A DNA stretch of 35,261 bases from Octopus bimaculoides (Eukaryota). Where the stretch lies: positions 91,244,618 to 91,279,878 of the forward strand of contig NC_068983.1 of the NCBI RefSeq assembly GCF_001194135.2, in the 5' to 3' direction. Positions 33,570 to 35,261 of the stretch are shown piece by piece. Positions within the stretch are counted from its first letter, which is position 1. Each line of letters opens with the position of its first letter. The translations under genes and the position numbers were made by a program. The notes under the pieces were generated by a model that saw only the letters and a program-made list of their open reading frames with translations, searched no databases and was not told the DNA's origin.

Positions 33570-34980
33570 TCTCTCTCTCTCCTCCTCCTCCCTTCCAATG
33601 GGTTCTCAGTGCTCCTGAAATCATTCACACGACATGGCTATTTAACAGCTCTCCCAAAAAATGAGTAAGACTTTTCTATTACTTTATATATTTACTAAAA
33701 TTTTATAAATTTTCATATCTTAGCTAGATAGGTCCTCCCAAAAAATCTAGAGTTCTATACATAAATACACCTCCATGCTGGAATTTTGGCGAGCTTACCT
33801 ACTTCTTTCCTCTTCATCTCCCTTCCCGTTTCTCTCTGTCCTCTCCCCTTCCATAGGGTTCTTAGTACTGCTGAAATAATTCACACGATGACATTTAACA
33901 GCTATCCCATAACGCTGAGGAGGAGAGAGAGTGGGGAAGGGAGACGAAGAGAAAGGACGCAGGTAAGCTCAGCAAAATTCCAGCGTGGGGGCAAATTTAT
34001 GTATAGAACTCTAGTTCCAACTAGTTGACGGTAATCTCAAAAATGTTATAAATTTCCATATCTTAGTTATGGTAGGTCCTCCCACAAAATCTAGAGTTCT
34101 ATACATAAATTCGCCCCCACACTGGAAATTCGGTGAGCTTACCTGCCTACTTCTTCTTCATCTCCCTTTTCCATGGATAAATTCCTTCATCGTAACTACA
34201 ATGGGGTGTTCATAGATAGAATACTACAGCTTCTTAAAACTATGAGATGTTGTTTATAACTTTCGATATCTTAGCTATGCTAGTTTCAACTTGTTGACTG
34301 TACTCTCAAAAATTTCATAAATTTCCATATCTTAGCCATGCTCAGTCCTCCCAAAAAATCTAGAGTTCTGTACATAAATTCGCCCTCACACTGGAATATT
34401 GGCAAGATTAATTGCCTCCTTCCTCCTTGTCTTCCCTCCCTCCTCCTTCTCTTCCAATGGGTTCTTAGTGCTCCTGAAATCATTCACATGATGACATGGC
34501 TATTTAACAGCTCTCCACAAAAATGTGTAAGCCTTTTCTACTACTCTCTATGTTTGCTAAAACTTTGAGATGTTTACAGACTTTTCTGTCTTAAGTACAA
34601 TGTCATTTTCAATAGATAAATTCCTTCAGCATAACTATGATGGAGTTATAGCTTTTTAAAACTGTGAGCTGTTTTTTTATAAATTTCGATATCTTAGCTA
34701 TGCTAGTTGCAAATTGTCGATGCTACTCTCAAAAATTTAATACGTTTCTATATCATAGCTATGCTGGTTCCTCTTAAAACTCTAGAGTTCTATACATAAG
34801 TTTTACCCCTCCCACACGGGTATTTTGGAATGCCTCCTTCCTCTTCGTCTCCCTTCCACCCTCTCTCTGTATCCCCTCACCTTCCAATGGGTTCTCAGTG
34901 CTGCTGAAATCATTCACACAATGATGTGGCTATTTAATAGTTCCTCACAAAAATGTGTAAGCCTTTTCTATTACTTTTTC
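33570..34980. repeat. Compound tandem repeat (~420-bp unit, earlier units shortened) with one inverted subunit
   Basis: TCTAGAGTTCT(A/G)TACATAA at 33746, 34090, 34359 and 34781, and inverted at 33995-34014. TTCCA(A)T(A)GGGTTCT at 33593, 33849, 34452 and 34882. Confidence 0.88.
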
Positions 34981-35261
34981 ATCATCATCATCATCATCGT
35001 TTAACGTCCGCTTTCCATGCTAGCATGGGTTGGACGATTTGACTGCGAACTGGTGAACTAGATGGCTACACCAGGCTCCAATCTGATTTGGCAGAGTTTC
35101 TACAGTCGGATGCCCTTCCTAAGGCCAACCACTCCAAGTGTGTAGTGGGTGCTTTTACGTGCCACTGGCACGAAGGCCAGTCAGGCGGTACTGGCAACGG
35201 CCACTCTCAAAATGGTGTATTTTATGTGCCACCTGCAAAAGAGCCAGTCCAGTGGCACTGG
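34981..35261 (-). mobile_element. RTE LINE 3' end (runs off the window)
   Basis: (CAT)n-CGTTTAACGTCCGCTTTCCATGCTAGCATGGGTTGG..., close to 24602-24900. Confidence 0.9.

Overview
AT-rich, repeat-saturated eukaryotic (metazoan) DNA. The repeat families resemble those I associate with Octopus or other cephalopod genomes; this is inference, not a database match. No intact host protein-coding gene, rRNA, tRNA gene or CRISPR array can be supported. The window is a stack of decayed, often nested mobile elements: an R4/Dong-like RLE retrotransposon, a Penelope-like element split by a Gypsy LTR element (5-bp TSD GAAAT), several RTE LINE copies and tails, tRNA-derived SINEs, a Chapaev/CMC-like transposase relic, a second Gypsy split by an RTE, a TIR-complete Tc1/mariner element with DD36E spacing, a piggyBac-type MITE, satellites and three N-gaps. 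The most notable unannotated signals are: (1) three minimal type I hammerhead-ribozyme folds at 10.4-13.3 kb, in short elements abutting (TA)n arrays, one with an intact catalytic core and a ~100-nt stem II; (2) the DD36E (Incomer-like) element in a probable mollusc; (3) a CpG-retaining island at ~14.3-18.5 kb; and (4) a compound ~420-bp satellite with a local inversion.
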